Shown piece by piece: positions 1 through 9,520 of a DNA stretch of 64,000 nucleotides; within the stretch, counting starts at the first letter, position 1, and every line of letters starts with the position of its first letter. The translations under genes and the position numbers were made by a program. The notes beneath the pieces were generated by a model that saw nothing but the letters and a program-made list of their open reading frames with translations, did not search any database and was not told the origin of the DNA. The stretch comes from Candidatus Obscuribacterales bacterium (GTDB lineage: Bacteria; Cyanobacteriota; Vampirovibrionia; Obscuribacterales; Obscuribacteraceae): assembly GCA_965228855.1 (NCBI GenBank), contig CBDDIJ010000003.1:1312001-1376000 (forward strand). The letters run 5' to 3'.

Positions 1-1
1 G

Positions 2-1291
2 ATTGGTGGTAAACGAACCGCTTGTGCTTTGCGGGGGAAGCTGGTTTTGCTGACCATTAGCATTGAACTGATTCTGCTGGAACTGTGCTACCGAATTTTG
101 CATATGTGGCGGGATGCTATTGCCGCTGTTAGCCTGCTGCTGGTTGCCTGTGGTGCTCAGCGGATCTGGGCGACCAAGTCTGTCGTTGCTGTTTTGTTCC
201 AGATAGAAGCTGCCTGTGATTTGCTGCGCCGTCTTGGGCTCGGCGTACGGGTCGTGCATAACACTCTGTCCGTCCGGGGTTAGTGCTAACCCTAACTTCA
301 GAAGGTTGGTTGCAATTGCTATCCATTGACTGGGGTTGAGAGACAGGAGTAGCGAAATGTCCTTGAGAGTTCTGTTGCCATCGAGATTTTGAAAGAATCG
401 CTTTTGGAGATCGAGTCCAAGCGGTGGACCGTCGAGGATCCTTTTCTCGAATGCCTGTTCTGAAATATTGCTGGTCGCTCTGCTGAGAACGGACATATCG
501 TCAATCCCGTGATCTTGCAGAAACGCTATATTCTCGATCAGTTCAGCCGATAGATATAGAATTTGTTCGATCGGTTGGTGGATCGTATTGGTATCAGCCT
601 TGGTGCCCTGAACAAAAGAAACTTTGCCCTGCATCCATGTGCAAAGCTCCAGCATGGCTTCTAAACCGCTCTGAGTCGGCGTGGTTGCATGGACAGGTCT
701 GCCGTGCAAGAACACCACAATGCCTTCGCCTTCCGGTGATTCTATGGTCAATTTCCCTGAGGCATCTTCTTTGGCTGCGAGCTGAAGAAGCGAGTTCATA
801 GGTACTGTTTCCAATGAACCGCTCAGAAGTTTTGTAATTGGCGGTCTGTTCGACTGTTGTTGCTGTTGTTGTGACGTCAGGGTGCTGCCGGGAGAGACGT
901 ATCGATTGCCTGGAGTTGTGTGCTTCAGGGTACCAAGCGAATCAAGAATCGTACCTGATTGCTCTACGGGTTCGTCGGCCGTTGGGTCTGGGGCGCCAAC
1001 CCCCTGCAATATTTGCGGATAGATCACACCGAGGTCCATGGTCCGGTAGAACCAGAGCATGCGTTGGCCCATCTCCGATGACTCATGCATCCACCATTGC
1101 ATCTCGTCGTTTGCTTTCTTGAGATAAAGCGTGAGTGTGAATTGGCGAGCTTTCTCGTCGACCCAGTAAAAGCAGTGTTTGATACCTTTGATCTTTTGCG
1201 CTTGTTCTATGAATTTCGCCAATTCAGGGAGACCGGGATAGGTATCCACTCGGTAGTGCTGTTTAGGGATGTTGTGTTGGTAACTGAACAT
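2..1291 (-). CDS. DUF4388 (PATAN-like) domain protein, 3'-partial (runs off the window start)
   Basis: Not in the ORF track because it has no stop in the window. Manual translation from ATG 1291: MFSYQHNIPKQHYRVDTYPG...LLSGSLETVPMNSLLQLAAKEDASGKLTIESPEGEGIVVFLHGRPVHA...WMQGKVSF, matching the DUF4388 pattern, then a Q/N-rich linker. Confidence 0.75.
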   Translation of the reverse strand, partial: MFSYQHNIPKQHYRVDTYPGLPELAKFIEQAQKIKGIKHCFYWVDEKARQFTLTLYLKKANDEMQWWMHESSEMGQRMLWFYRTMDLGVIYPQILQGVGAPDPTADEPVEQSGTILDSLGTLKHTTPGNRYVSPGSTLTSQQQQQQSNRPPITKLLSGSLETVPMNSLLQLAAKEDASGKLTIESPEGEGIVVFLHGRPVHATTPTQSGLEAMLELCTWMQGKVSFVQGTKADTNTIHQPIEQILYLSAELIENIAFLQDHGIDDMSVLSRATSNISEQAFEKRILDGPPLGLDLQKRFFQNLDGNRTLKDISLLLSLNPSQWIAIATNLLKLGLALTPDGQSVMHDPYAEPKTAQQITGSFYLEQNSNDRLGRPDPLSTTGNQQQANSGNSIPPHMQNSVAQFQQNQFNANGQQNQLPPQSTSGSFTTN

Positions 1292-1451
1292 TCGCTATTG
1301 AAGCTGATCAACGCACAAGAACTCGGAAATTACAGGCGCCCTCGCGAGATCTGAGGCCCCATAATAATTGTGCACACATTGGGAATTGTGAAACCTGAAC
1401 TATTATCGGCTGTTTGCGCCTTTTGACATTCCGTATGTCCAACAATAACAC

Positions 1452-1485
1452 TTGTCGACAATTAAACAAGTGGTATTGTCGACAA
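1452..1485. promoter_or_regulatory. Two perfect TTGTCGACAA palindromes, candidate dimeric transcription-factor operators
   Basis: TTGTCGACAA at 1452-1461 and 1476-1485 (24-bp period) in an AT-rich divergent intergenic region. Confidence 0.45.
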
Positions 1486-1568
1486 AATTTCCAATTGCAT
1501 TCCCTCAGGGAAATTTTTTCACGGATGGCTACGAGTTTCGCGGTCATCAAAACTTTGACTTAATTGGC

Positions 1569-1618
1569 GTCTATCGTAGGATGACGGAATTTCGCAAATT
1601 CGGCATTCCGAGATAGAC
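1569..1618. repeat. 50-bp imperfect palindrome, family B copy 1
   Basis: GTCTATC-N5-ATGACGGAAT...AATTCGGCAT-N5-GATAGAC; the flanks AATTGGC/GCCAATT extend the inverted repeat. Confidence 0.7.
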
Positions 1619-1668
1619 AGCCAATTGCGATTGGAGCATGCCGCAACAGGAGCCCATCTTGAAGTGCA

Positions 1669-1706
1669 CCTGAACGAATACAATGAGTTTATTGCATTCG
1701 TTCAGG
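1669..1706. repeat. 38-bp REP-like palindrome, family A
   Basis: CCTGAACGAATACAATGAGTTTATTGCATTCGTTCAGG, the same unit as in the 55.3-55.6 kb array. Confidence 0.85.
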
Positions 1707-1765
1707 TTAATTTGAAGCTGAACTCGTCGCGGTTTCCGTGGCGCAGAAGACCGAATGCAATCTCT

Positions 1766-1815
1766 GTCTATCTCTCAATGACGGAATATCCAAAATCCGT
1801 CTTCGTGCCATAGAC
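1766..1815. repeat. 50-bp imperfect palindrome, family B copy 2
   Basis: GTCTATC-N5-ATGACGGAAT...TCCGTCTT-N5-CATAGAC followed by AGCCA; same length and layout as 1569-1618. Confidence 0.7.
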
Positions 1816-1908
1816 AGCCATTGGACGACTCGTCTCAAGTGACAGACGAACACAGAACCTGCCGGCACTGGCCTCGCTCAAGGCGCAACCGGAGCGGAGT
1901 TCGGAATA

Positions 1909-1967
1909 CCTGAGCGAATGCTATGAGTCTACTTACTCTATTCAGGGAACCTGAACAAACGCAATAA
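1909..1967. repeat. 38-bp family A palindrome, GAA linker and a half unit
   Basis: CCTGAGCGAATGCTATGAGTCTACTTACTCTATTCAGG-GAA-CCTGAACAAACGCAATAA, the same unit/linker junction as in the 55 kb array. Confidence 0.7.
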
Positions 1968-2215
1968 GACCTTTCGAGTGGTCGACAATACGAATGTTCA
2001 AATTGTGTGACACGAAACTTCCACAAATTATCCCTATACTCAGTGAACTCACTTGTCCTATGGACGTTACTGTAAAAATGACGACGCTGCCCACTTCTAG
2101 TTCTTTTGCTCCTTGCGGTGAAGTCGCGACTGCGAGCTTTGGTCTTCTGGTTCAGAAAATCGTTCAGTCCAATTCCGGTAGACACACGGCTCTACGTCAG
2201 TCTCCGGAAGTTGAC

Positions 2216-2824
2216 ATGGATGACAACTGGGCAGATTTCCGAACCCGCGCCGAGCAATCTGAAAACGCGGGCAACTTCGCGCACGCCGAGGGAATGTGGT
2301 TAAAGGCGATATTTGAAACTCACGCCTTCGACGATCGAGATTGGCGAACGGCCTATTCACTGGATAGGCTTGCCGGTCTGTACTATTCGCTAGAGCGTTT
2401 CGATGAGGCTGAGGTTTTTGCGGAGCGCGCGCTGACCGCAACGCGTTTAGCATATGGCTCCGATCACCTCAAGACAGCCGAGAGCGAATCACTCGCCGGC
2501 GCGGTTTCTTATTGCCTCGGAAAACTCGAAGAGGCCTGCAGCCACGTCCACAAGTCGTTAACGATTAACGAGCACCTTCTCGACCCGATTCATACGAAAA
2601 CAGCTGCGACCTGCTTGAACCTGGCTTACATCTATCATGCCAAAGGTGACTTCGATTTATCTGAGCCGTTCTATCAGAGAGCCTTTAAAATTCGCGCTCA
2701 AATCTTCGGATGGGATCACGAAATGACGTCGAAGGTCTCGAAGGCTTACGCCGAAATGGCGATTGACAGAAAGTGCCATCTCGAAGCCAAACAGATGGTC
2801 GATCTGCTCATGGAAGCAGTTTAG
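2216..2824 (+). CDS. Tetratricopeptide repeat protein (kinesin-light-chain-like TPR)
   Basis: SLDRLAGLYYSLERFDEAE and CLNLAYIYHAKGDFDLSEPFYQRAFKIR repeats. The ORF is open from 1994; ATG 2216 is the more plausible start. Confidence 0.8.
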   Translation: MDDNWADFRTRAEQSENAGNFAHAEGMWLKAIFETHAFDDRDWRTAYSLDRLAGLYYSLERFDEAEVFAERALTATRLAYGSDHLKTAESESLAGAVSYCLGKLEEACSHVHKSLTINEHLLDPIHTKTAATCLNLAYIYHAKGDFDLSEPFYQRAFKIRAQIFGWDHEMTSKVSKAYAEMAIDRKCHLEAKQMVDLLMEAV

Positions 2825-3092
2825 AGACTGAAGCACAGGGGTCGAAACTTCACGGAGCAAACAGTGGATTTCTGGCGGTTTCGCCGGTGGTGCTCCAGTC
2901 TGATAATGTATATTATGTTTCATCGGGGCGTCTGGAGGTCTGAGACCTTTGCCAGAGTAGCGTTTCGGGACTTGGAATTTTTAGGCGTTTTTAGCGCCTT
3001 TTCGTTTTCCGAAGGACGGATTTCTAGTCGCCGCGATTTCGACCGCCTTATTTCGGATGACTTCATATAATTGAAGAGTCAGTTCTATTTTT

Positions 3093-3587
3093 TTGCGAGT
3101 CTTCTCAAAATTGCTGTTTCGAACCTTGCTAACTCTCTTTCTCCTGGTGAACTTCGCGTCACCGCCAGCGGTGCAGGCTAAAACTGCTAGCAATGCAGCG
3201 CTACTGAAGCAAGGCCGTAAGCTGGTCAACGAGAAAAAACACAAAGAGGCGCAGGCAGTTTTTGAAAAGATCTTGCTGACTGAACCCAGAAACGCGGAAG
3301 CTTGTGCCGGTTTAGCCTGGTCGCTCTTCAGTCAGGGGCAACGCGATAAAGCCGAAATCTATGCCAAGAAGTCGATCGAGATTGATGACAAATTTCCGAT
3401 GGCGCACAACGTCATGGGCGCCATCTACTTCGCTCAGGGAAAGGTGGAGGAGGCAAAGAACGAGTTTAGAACAGTTCTTCGAATCGATCCCAAGCGACGA
3501 TGCGGTGGTTGCGCAGACTTGCGGGGGCTGCTTGGTAATGATATCCCTCCGGTTCAGAATACCAAGGGCATTAAATACAAGGATTGA
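3093..3587 (+). CDS. Secreted TPR protein
   Basis: Signal peptide (VQA), about 3 TPR units, C-terminal CGGC. Confidence 0.8.
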   Translation: MRVFSKLLFRTLLTLFLLVNFASPPAVQAKTASNAALLKQGRKLVNEKKHKEAQAVFEKILLTEPRNAEACAGLAWSLFSQGQRDKAEIYAKKSIEIDDKFPMAHNVMGAIYFAQGKVEEAKNEFRTVLRIDPKRRCGGCADLRGLLGNDIPPVQNTKGIKYKD

Positions 3588-4184
3588 TCAAGCAAAAAGT
3601 GCGTCAGCGATTTCCCTGGTTAGCCAGCCGTGACGAATGAAAGCGTCAACCAGCGAGGCATTCTCCTGCCACTTCATCTCCATCTGCGCGATAAGCACCA
3701 TGTCCAGTGTAGCCAGGTTGAGTGCAATCAAACGCTGGGCGATTGGGTCGTTGCGCTCACCATCCACATCGATCAAACCCTGGCCCAGTAGCAGTCCCTC
3801 GAGTTGAACCCGAGATAGAAACTGTTTATCTTCCAAAACTTCACCGAGCGGCAAGCCGGTTCTGATCTGTTCCTGAACCGCTTCCTCTAATTGCTCCATC
3901 GATATAATGCCGGTTGCCACGCACATTTGCCCCAAACGTGGGTGAGTGGTTTCATTGCTTCGGGAGCTCTGATGGCTGGCTCGCGCGGATTCTGCAGAGC
4001 CGCCGGAGGTCAAACTTCGGTAGGCTTCGTCGATTGCAGTCACGCATTTTGCGGCCTGGTCTCGTGCCGGACCGGTCTGAAAGGATTCAGGCGCCAATCT
4101 GGTTGAGAGGCTTTTATAAGCTTTGTCAATTTCGGCTGGCTCGGTGTCTTCGGGTATTCCGAGCACCTGATAAGGGCTGTACAT
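3588..4184 (-). CDS. J-domain-like protein (no HPD) with MshEN/GSPII_N-like motifs
   Basis: N-term SPYQVLGI...IDKAYKSLSTRLAPE...IDEAYRSL; RLGQMCVATGIISMEQLEEAVQEQ...PLGEVL. Confidence 0.7.
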   Translation of the reverse strand: MYSPYQVLGIPEDTEPAEIDKAYKSLSTRLAPESFQTGPARDQAAKCVTAIDEAYRSLTSGGSAESARASHQSSRSNETTHPRLGQMCVATGIISMEQLEEAVQEQIRTGLPLGEVLEDKQFLSRVQLEGLLLGQGLIDVDGERNDPIAQRLIALNLATLDMVLIAQMEMKWQENASLVDAFIRHGWLTREIADALFA

Positions 4185-4343
4185 TTGGCAACAATCCGCT
4201 GCTGAGCACTAAAACGACCTTCAGATTAACACAAGCGAATGTATGCAGATATATGACATCTGAAAAGCACTTAAAGACCCCGGCTAGATGACCGGCCTAT
4301 GATAGTCAAGCATTGCCTGAAAGCCTAATTGGCGCGGTGTTCT

Positions 4344-5795
4344 TTGGTATTTAACTCACTTCAGTACCTGCTTTTCCTTCCGACCGTACTGGTCCTGTTC
4401 TGGCTGTGTCCATTTAAATGGCGCATTCCGATATTGCTCGTTGCAAGTTACATCTTCTATGCGTCCTGGCGCCCGATCTACTTGTTCTTGATTCTGGGCA
4501 TGACGATCGCCAACTATTTCCTGGGCATTAAAATTGCCGATTCTAAGGACCATAAGAAGGCCTGGATGATCACGGGCGTCGTCGGTAACCTTCTGACGCT
4601 GGCATATTTCAAGTACTTCTACCTTTTAGAAGAAACATTCATCTGGGCAGCGAAACCTTTTGTCGGAGAATTGCCAAAGCTCGATCTCAAGATTGTATTG
4701 CCGCTTGCAATCTCGTTCTTCGTGTTCGAGTTCATCCATTATCTTGTTGACGTCTATAAGGGCAAATCGGAGCCGGTAAAAGACCCTCTGTCCTTCGCGC
4801 TGTTCCCTGCTTTTTTCCCTACGCAGGTTGCTGGTCCTATCAAACGTGTCCAGGACTTCCTTCCGCAGTTGAAGATCGAATCAAAATTCAAACGTGAAGA
4901 CCTCGACCAGGGCTGCTTCTTGATTTTGAACGGTCTCTTCAAAAAAGTATTGCTTGCCGACAACCTGGCGCTGTTCGTCACCGGCGGCTTTTCGAATCCG
5001 GAACTGATGACGTCTCTGGATGTCTGGATTTGCGCCGCGGCCTTTTCGTTCCAGGTGTATTTCGACTTCAGTGGTTATGCCGATATCGCCCGCGGTTCCG
5101 CACAACTCTTCGGATACAAAGTTCCTCTGAACTTCAAATTCCCTTATCTGTCAGGCAGCATCACTGATTTCTGGCGGCGTTGGCACATTACGCTCGGAAG
5201 TTGGCTGCGTGACTACTTGTACTTTCCGATGGGCGGGTCCAAAAATGGTCGTTTTCGCGCTTCATTGAACCTCATCATAACCATGACCCTGTGCGGACTC
5301 TGGCACGGTGCAGGATGGCATCTGGTAGCTTGGGGCTTCTATCATGGACTCTTGCTGACTGCTCATCGTGAATTCTCACACTTCAGGGAGCATCATCCAA
5401 AGTTCCTCACTGTGCTGGATACAAAGGTCGGTCATATGTTCTCTGTGGCTCTGACGTTTGCTTCATTCTGCGTGGGTATCGTTATATTCCGCTCTGACAA
5501 TATCTTCATCGGTCTGCAGATGGTGCAGAAGATGCTGTTTTTGAACGGATTGTTCAACGCCGACCATAACTTGAGCACCATTGCCGGTATCAACTACCCG
5601 CTCATCTTCTCTAGCATTTTGTTTGTTCTTCCAGTCTTCTGGGTCGGTCAATTGGTGTGTCAGGAAGTGATTAAACGTTTTCCGCCAACCCAAGTACCAC
5701 AAGTCGTTCGGGTCGTTTACGCTACCGCGCTCATTTTTATGATCGTTGCGTTTGCGCCTGATTCTTCTCCTCGTTTCATCTACTACCAATTCTGA
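4344..5795 (+). CDS. MBOAT family O-acyltransferase (AlgI/DltB-like), copy 1
   Basis: PLAISFFVF, FFPTQVAGPI, YFDFSGYADIA, FWRRWHITLGSWLRDY, GLWHGA, C-term FIYYQF. ORF open from 4329. Confidence 0.92.
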   Translation: MVFNSLQYLLFLPTVLVLFWLCPFKWRIPILLVASYIFYASWRPIYLFLILGMTIANYFLGIKIADSKDHKKAWMITGVVGNLLTLAYFKYFYLLEETFIWAAKPFVGELPKLDLKIVLPLAISFFVFEFIHYLVDVYKGKSEPVKDPLSFALFPAFFPTQVAGPIKRVQDFLPQLKIESKFKREDLDQGCFLILNGLFKKVLLADNLALFVTGGFSNPELMTSLDVWICAAAFSFQVYFDFSGYADIARGSAQLFGYKVPLNFKFPYLSGSITDFWRRWHITLGSWLRDYLYFPMGGSKNGRFRASLNLIITMTLCGLWHGAGWHLVAWGFYHGLLLTAHREFSHFREHHPKFLTVLDTKVGHMFSVALTFASFCVGIVIFRSDNIFIGLQMVQKMLFLNGLFNADHNLSTIAGINYPLIFSSILFVLPVFWVGQLVCQEVIKRFPPTQVPQVVRVVYATALIFMIVAFAPDSSPRFIYYQF

Positions 5796-5810
5796 TCGAG
5801 GCAACCGAAA

Positions 5811-7016
5811 GTGAAACCGTTTAATTGGTCAGCATTTCTCAGTGGAGCTCGAAAGAGTGACGTGGTGCTGGCTTTGCTTTTGTTTGTCATTGTTGATGCT
5901 GCCGTCGGGATTGGGATTGCTCTCAACCAAAAACCGCTTGCGTTCAACTACGACGTCCCGTTTCGCAGTAGAACCTGGTACGCGTTGACCGATTTAGCTC
6001 AACAGAAACAGACACCCGATCTCGTTCTCCTTGGTGCTTCCGACATGACGTGCGCCCTGTATGGTGCCGAAGCGACGTATCAGAAGAAAACGGTAAGCCA
6101 GCTGACTAACCACCGAAGTACTTATCTTGAAAGTCAACTGGAGAAAGCATCTGCTCCCTACAAATCAACTTTCTGTCTGGCTATTCCAGGCCAGATGCCT
6201 TCCGATCAGTATTTCATGCTTCGTACTCTGGTATCGAATAAGGTGAAACCAAAGGCACTCTATTGCACGATGGTGCCGAGAAACTTTGTCGATGCAACAT
6301 TCAAAAACCCAAGCACCAGCGACGTTTACAAGAACGCTGCCAGAGTGAACGGCGTTGGAATCGCCGACGAGATTGCTTGCCGGAAAAAAGATGTATTTTC
6401 TCTTTTCGACTGGGGGCTCAGCAGACTTTCATCAGTCTACGGGCATACACAGACATTCAAGAGCATCCAGCATCACCTCGTTCAGAGCATCTGTCGACCA
6501 GGCGATTCTCGTTTTGAAACAGTAGAAATGCCGGTGACCATGCGGAAATTGGCGCTTATGGACTTGCCGGAGGACTTTGCTCCGACAGAGGTAGGGCAAG
6601 ATCCGTTCGACCCGAACAATAACGTTTTCGTTGATAACCTTCACGAGTATCGCGTCCGATATTCTCAATTCAGCCCCAAAATCTGGGCTCAGCAACTCGA
6701 CTACTTCAAGCGCACTTGTGAGCTTGCTAAAGCAGAGGGAATAGACCTGGTGGTAGGCAACTCTCCGTTGACGGCAGAAAACCTCGCCATGGTGCCGTCA
6801 GATACCTATAAACGATATCTAGACCAGGTATCATCCACGGTGCGAGCAAATGGTGGCGTCTTTGTTGACCTCAACTTGCCCGGTCTGTTCCAGCACGATG
6901 ATTTCTTCGACAGCGTGCACCTTAACGGTAAGGGCGGCCAAAAGTTCCTATCCTACGTTGCTGACGCAATGTCATCGCGGTCCCTGGCTCAAAGCGCGAC
7001 TCAGCAGACTAAGTAA
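5811..7016 (+). CDS. SGNH/DltD/AlgJ-like periplasmic acyltransferase partner, copy 1
   Basis: N-terminal TM, LLGAS motif, C-terminal DSVHLN (DxxH); directly downstream of the MBOAT gene. Confidence 0.75.
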   Translation: MKPFNWSAFLSGARKSDVVLALLLFVIVDAAVGIGIALNQKPLAFNYDVPFRSRTWYALTDLAQQKQTPDLVLLGASDMTCALYGAEATYQKKTVSQLTNHRSTYLESQLEKASAPYKSTFCLAIPGQMPSDQYFMLRTLVSNKVKPKALYCTMVPRNFVDATFKNPSTSDVYKNAARVNGVGIADEIACRKKDVFSLFDWGLSRLSSVYGHTQTFKSIQHHLVQSICRPGDSRFETVEMPVTMRKLALMDLPEDFAPTEVGQDPFDPNNNVFVDNLHEYRVRYSQFSPKIWAQQLDYFKRTCELAKAEGIDLVVGNSPLTAENLAMVPSDTYKRYLDQVSSTVRANGGVFVDLNLPGLFQHDDFFDSVHLNGKGGQKFLSYVADAMSSRSLAQSATQQTK

Positions 7017-7017
7017 C

Positions 7018-7887
7018 CTATTCCTTGGCCAGAACGAAATTCAGTCCCTTCGCGAAGCTCTTGTGCGAAGGCGGCAATTCGTGTCCGCAGTCGATTTCTT
7101 CGAGTTCTACCTTGATTCCCTGTTTCCTCAATGCTTCAGCCAGAGACTTTTGCAATGGCGGTGGAATCGTAGCGTCAGCTTTTGCCGACATCATGTACAC
7201 GCGGGTTTGTTTTGGAAATTTTTCTATCTTTGGCATGATGCTCATGTCCAAATATCGCTGCTTAACTTCCTCGGTGTCCGGCGGACCGCCGAAACACTGT
7301 TCGAGCGCCGAGCGAACAAGCGCCGTTGTTGTTTTCTCGTGAAGTTCCACGAAATCGCCGGCCGGATACATCGCAATAACTCCGATGATTTTTCTGCGAA
7401 TTTCTTCCGGCGCTGTCGCCGAATAACTGAGGGCAGTTGAAGCACCCATGGAACATCCGCACAAAACAATGTCTCTGGATGGATACTTCTTCAAAATAGC
7501 ATTGATACTATTGGTAATATCATTCGAAGAGTCTTCGTCCGCCCATTTCCCGCCGGCTCCGAACTGGGTGGACATAAACGTGATGCCGGGTTTGAAGTGA
7601 GTGACCGTATCAGCATAAGTGTGTCGCCAGGGAAGGGAAAAAGGCTGTTGCCAGTTTGCTCCCAGTCCGTGCAGGTAGACGACTAGGAGAGATTCGTCAC
7701 CTATTCCGAAAATGCCGGACGTAGGCGCGATATAACCGACAGTCAGGTCGCGCTTGCCGCTTCGTACCTGCGTTTGTTCACAATCTGTAGTAGCGTGTTT
7801 CTTTCCGCAGGCGGAGAGAAAGAACGGCACCGATAGTAGTGTCACGCCGGATACGAGAACTGGAAGAAAGCGTTTTCTTAAAAACAT
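7018..7887 (-). CDS. Alpha/beta hydrolase lipoprotein
   Basis: Lipobox LSAC, YLHGLG, GCSMG nucleophile elbow, DATIP, GH. ORF open to 7947. Confidence 0.8.
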   Translation of the reverse strand: MFLRKRFLPVLVSGVTLLSVPFFLSACGKKHATTDCEQTQVRSGKRDLTVGYIAPTSGIFGIGDESLLVVYLHGLGANWQQPFSLPWRHTYADTVTHFKPGITFMSTQFGAGGKWADEDSSNDITNSINAILKKYPSRDIVLCGCSMGASTALSYSATAPEEIRRKIIGVIAMYPAGDFVELHEKTTTALVRSALEQCFGGPPDTEEVKQRYLDMSIMPKIEKFPKQTRVYMMSAKADATIPPPLQKSLAEALRKQGIKVELEEIDCGHELPPSHKSFAKGLNFVLAKE

Positions 7888-8055
7888 CGTAAATAACTTA
7901 ACAGGCAGATCCCGGATTGGGACCTCGCAATGCCCACACATTAGCACGCTTGCCGTTTCATCAAGTTGCCATATAGAGATAAAAAGAGTTTCAGAGCGCC
8001 CGTTCTCTTGTCTACTTGGAATACGATCTAGCGATTGTCTCTCAGCGAGAACGAT

Positions 8056-9507
8056 TTGTTATTTAATAGCGTCGCCTACCTCATATTTCTGCCCCTGGTG
8101 CTCTGCCTGTACTGGCTAGTGCCGAGCAAGTGGCGAACGCTACTGCTATTGGCTGCGAGTTACGTGTTTTACATGAGCTGGAAGCCAGTCTACGGGCTTC
8201 TAATTCTTGGTCTGACGGCGATGAACTATTGCCTCGGTCTCTGGCTTGCGCGCAGCACCAAGCACAAGAAGTTGTTGCTGGTCGGGACGATTTTCGCGAA
8301 TTTGCTAGTTCTTGCCATATTCAAATACGCCTATTTCACAGTCGATGTAATGAATCAGGCTCTAGAACCCGTAGGCGCTCACGTTCCCAATATTACCTGG
8401 CAAATCATTCTGCCGCTCGGCATCTCGTTTTTCGTATTCGAATTTATTCATTACATAAGCGATGTTTATCGCGGCGATAAACCAATAAAGTCTTTCTGGC
8501 AATTCGCATTGTTTCCCAGCTTCTTTCCGACACAAATCGCCGGTCCCATCAAGCGCTACCAGGATTTCATACCTCAGTTGAACGAGGAGAAACACTTCAA
8601 GCTGAAAGACCTCGATGAGGGATTCAAGCTGATTATCTTCGGTTTGTTCAAGAAGGTGATTTTCGCCGATAACCTCGCTGTCGCCGTTGCCAGTGCGTTC
8701 TCACATCCAGAGCTTCTCAGCGGAGCAGACCTTTGGTTGGCTGTTTATGCCTTTGCTTTCCAAATCTACTTCGATTTCTCCGGATACACTGACATTGCCC
8801 GGGGCTCGGCCCAGCTCTTTGGATTTAAGGTCCCGATAAACTTTTCCTTGCCTTATCTCGCAGGCAGCATCACGGAGTTTTGGCATCGCTGGCATATCTC
8901 GTTGTCGACGTGGCTCCGTGACTATCTCTACATTCCGTTGGGTGGCAGCAAAGGCAAGACTAAGTGGTTTACCTACAGAAATCTATTTCTGACTATGCTG
9001 TTGGGTGGTCTCTGGCATGGCGCTGCGATGAACTTTGTTGTGTGGGGAGCGTATCAGGGGATTCTTCTAATACTTCACAAAGAATTTCGGCTTGTTGCAG
9101 AACGCATCTCTCCGCTTAGACGAATCCTCGATAATCCCGTCGGCAAGCTCCTTTCGATTGTCGTGACCTTCAATTTGGTTTGTATCGGTTGGGTATTCTT
9201 CCGAGCGGAAACATTCGATACTGCTTGTCGGATTATCGCAAAACTAACTTTCATACCTCAGCTCATGTCTGCTCCGGAGACTGCTTTCACCGTCAACCTT
9301 CCGACAATCACAGACCCTGCAATATTCATGGTCTTGCCGCTTCTGCTGCTGCTTTTGCTTGCGGGGCAGATTGCCAGTGGAATCACACAGCAAAAGGTAG
9401 TTCAGCTCCCGAGGTTGGTGGACATTGCTTATGTCGCATCAATGGTGCTTCTGCTGCTAATTTTTTCGCCTGATACGTCGCCAAAATTTATTTACTTCCA
9501 GTTCTAG
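8056..9507 (+). CDS. MBOAT family O-acyltransferase (AlgI/DltB-like), copy 2
   Basis: PLGISFFVF, YFDFSGYTDIA, FWHRWHISLSTWLRDYLYIPLGG, GLWHGA, FIYFQF. ORF open from 8035. Confidence 0.92.
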   Translation: MLFNSVAYLIFLPLVLCLYWLVPSKWRTLLLLAASYVFYMSWKPVYGLLILGLTAMNYCLGLWLARSTKHKKLLLVGTIFANLLVLAIFKYAYFTVDVMNQALEPVGAHVPNITWQIILPLGISFFVFEFIHYISDVYRGDKPIKSFWQFALFPSFFPTQIAGPIKRYQDFIPQLNEEKHFKLKDLDEGFKLIIFGLFKKVIFADNLAVAVASAFSHPELLSGADLWLAVYAFAFQIYFDFSGYTDIARGSAQLFGFKVPINFSLPYLAGSITEFWHRWHISLSTWLRDYLYIPLGGSKGKTKWFTYRNLFLTMLLGGLWHGAAMNFVVWGAYQGILLILHKEFRLVAERISPLRRILDNPVGKLLSIVVTFNLVCIGWVFFRAETFDTACRIIAKLTFIPQLMSAPETAFTVNLPTITDPAIFMVLPLLLLLLLAGQIASGITQQKVVQLPRLVDIAYVASMVLLLLIFSPDTSPKFIYFQF

Positions 9508-9520
9508 TTCTTCAATAACC

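Noticed and set aside
29..1354. Short ORFs listed in the first 1.3 kb
   Set aside because: They are shadows of the long minus-strand gene starting at 1291, which the track missed.
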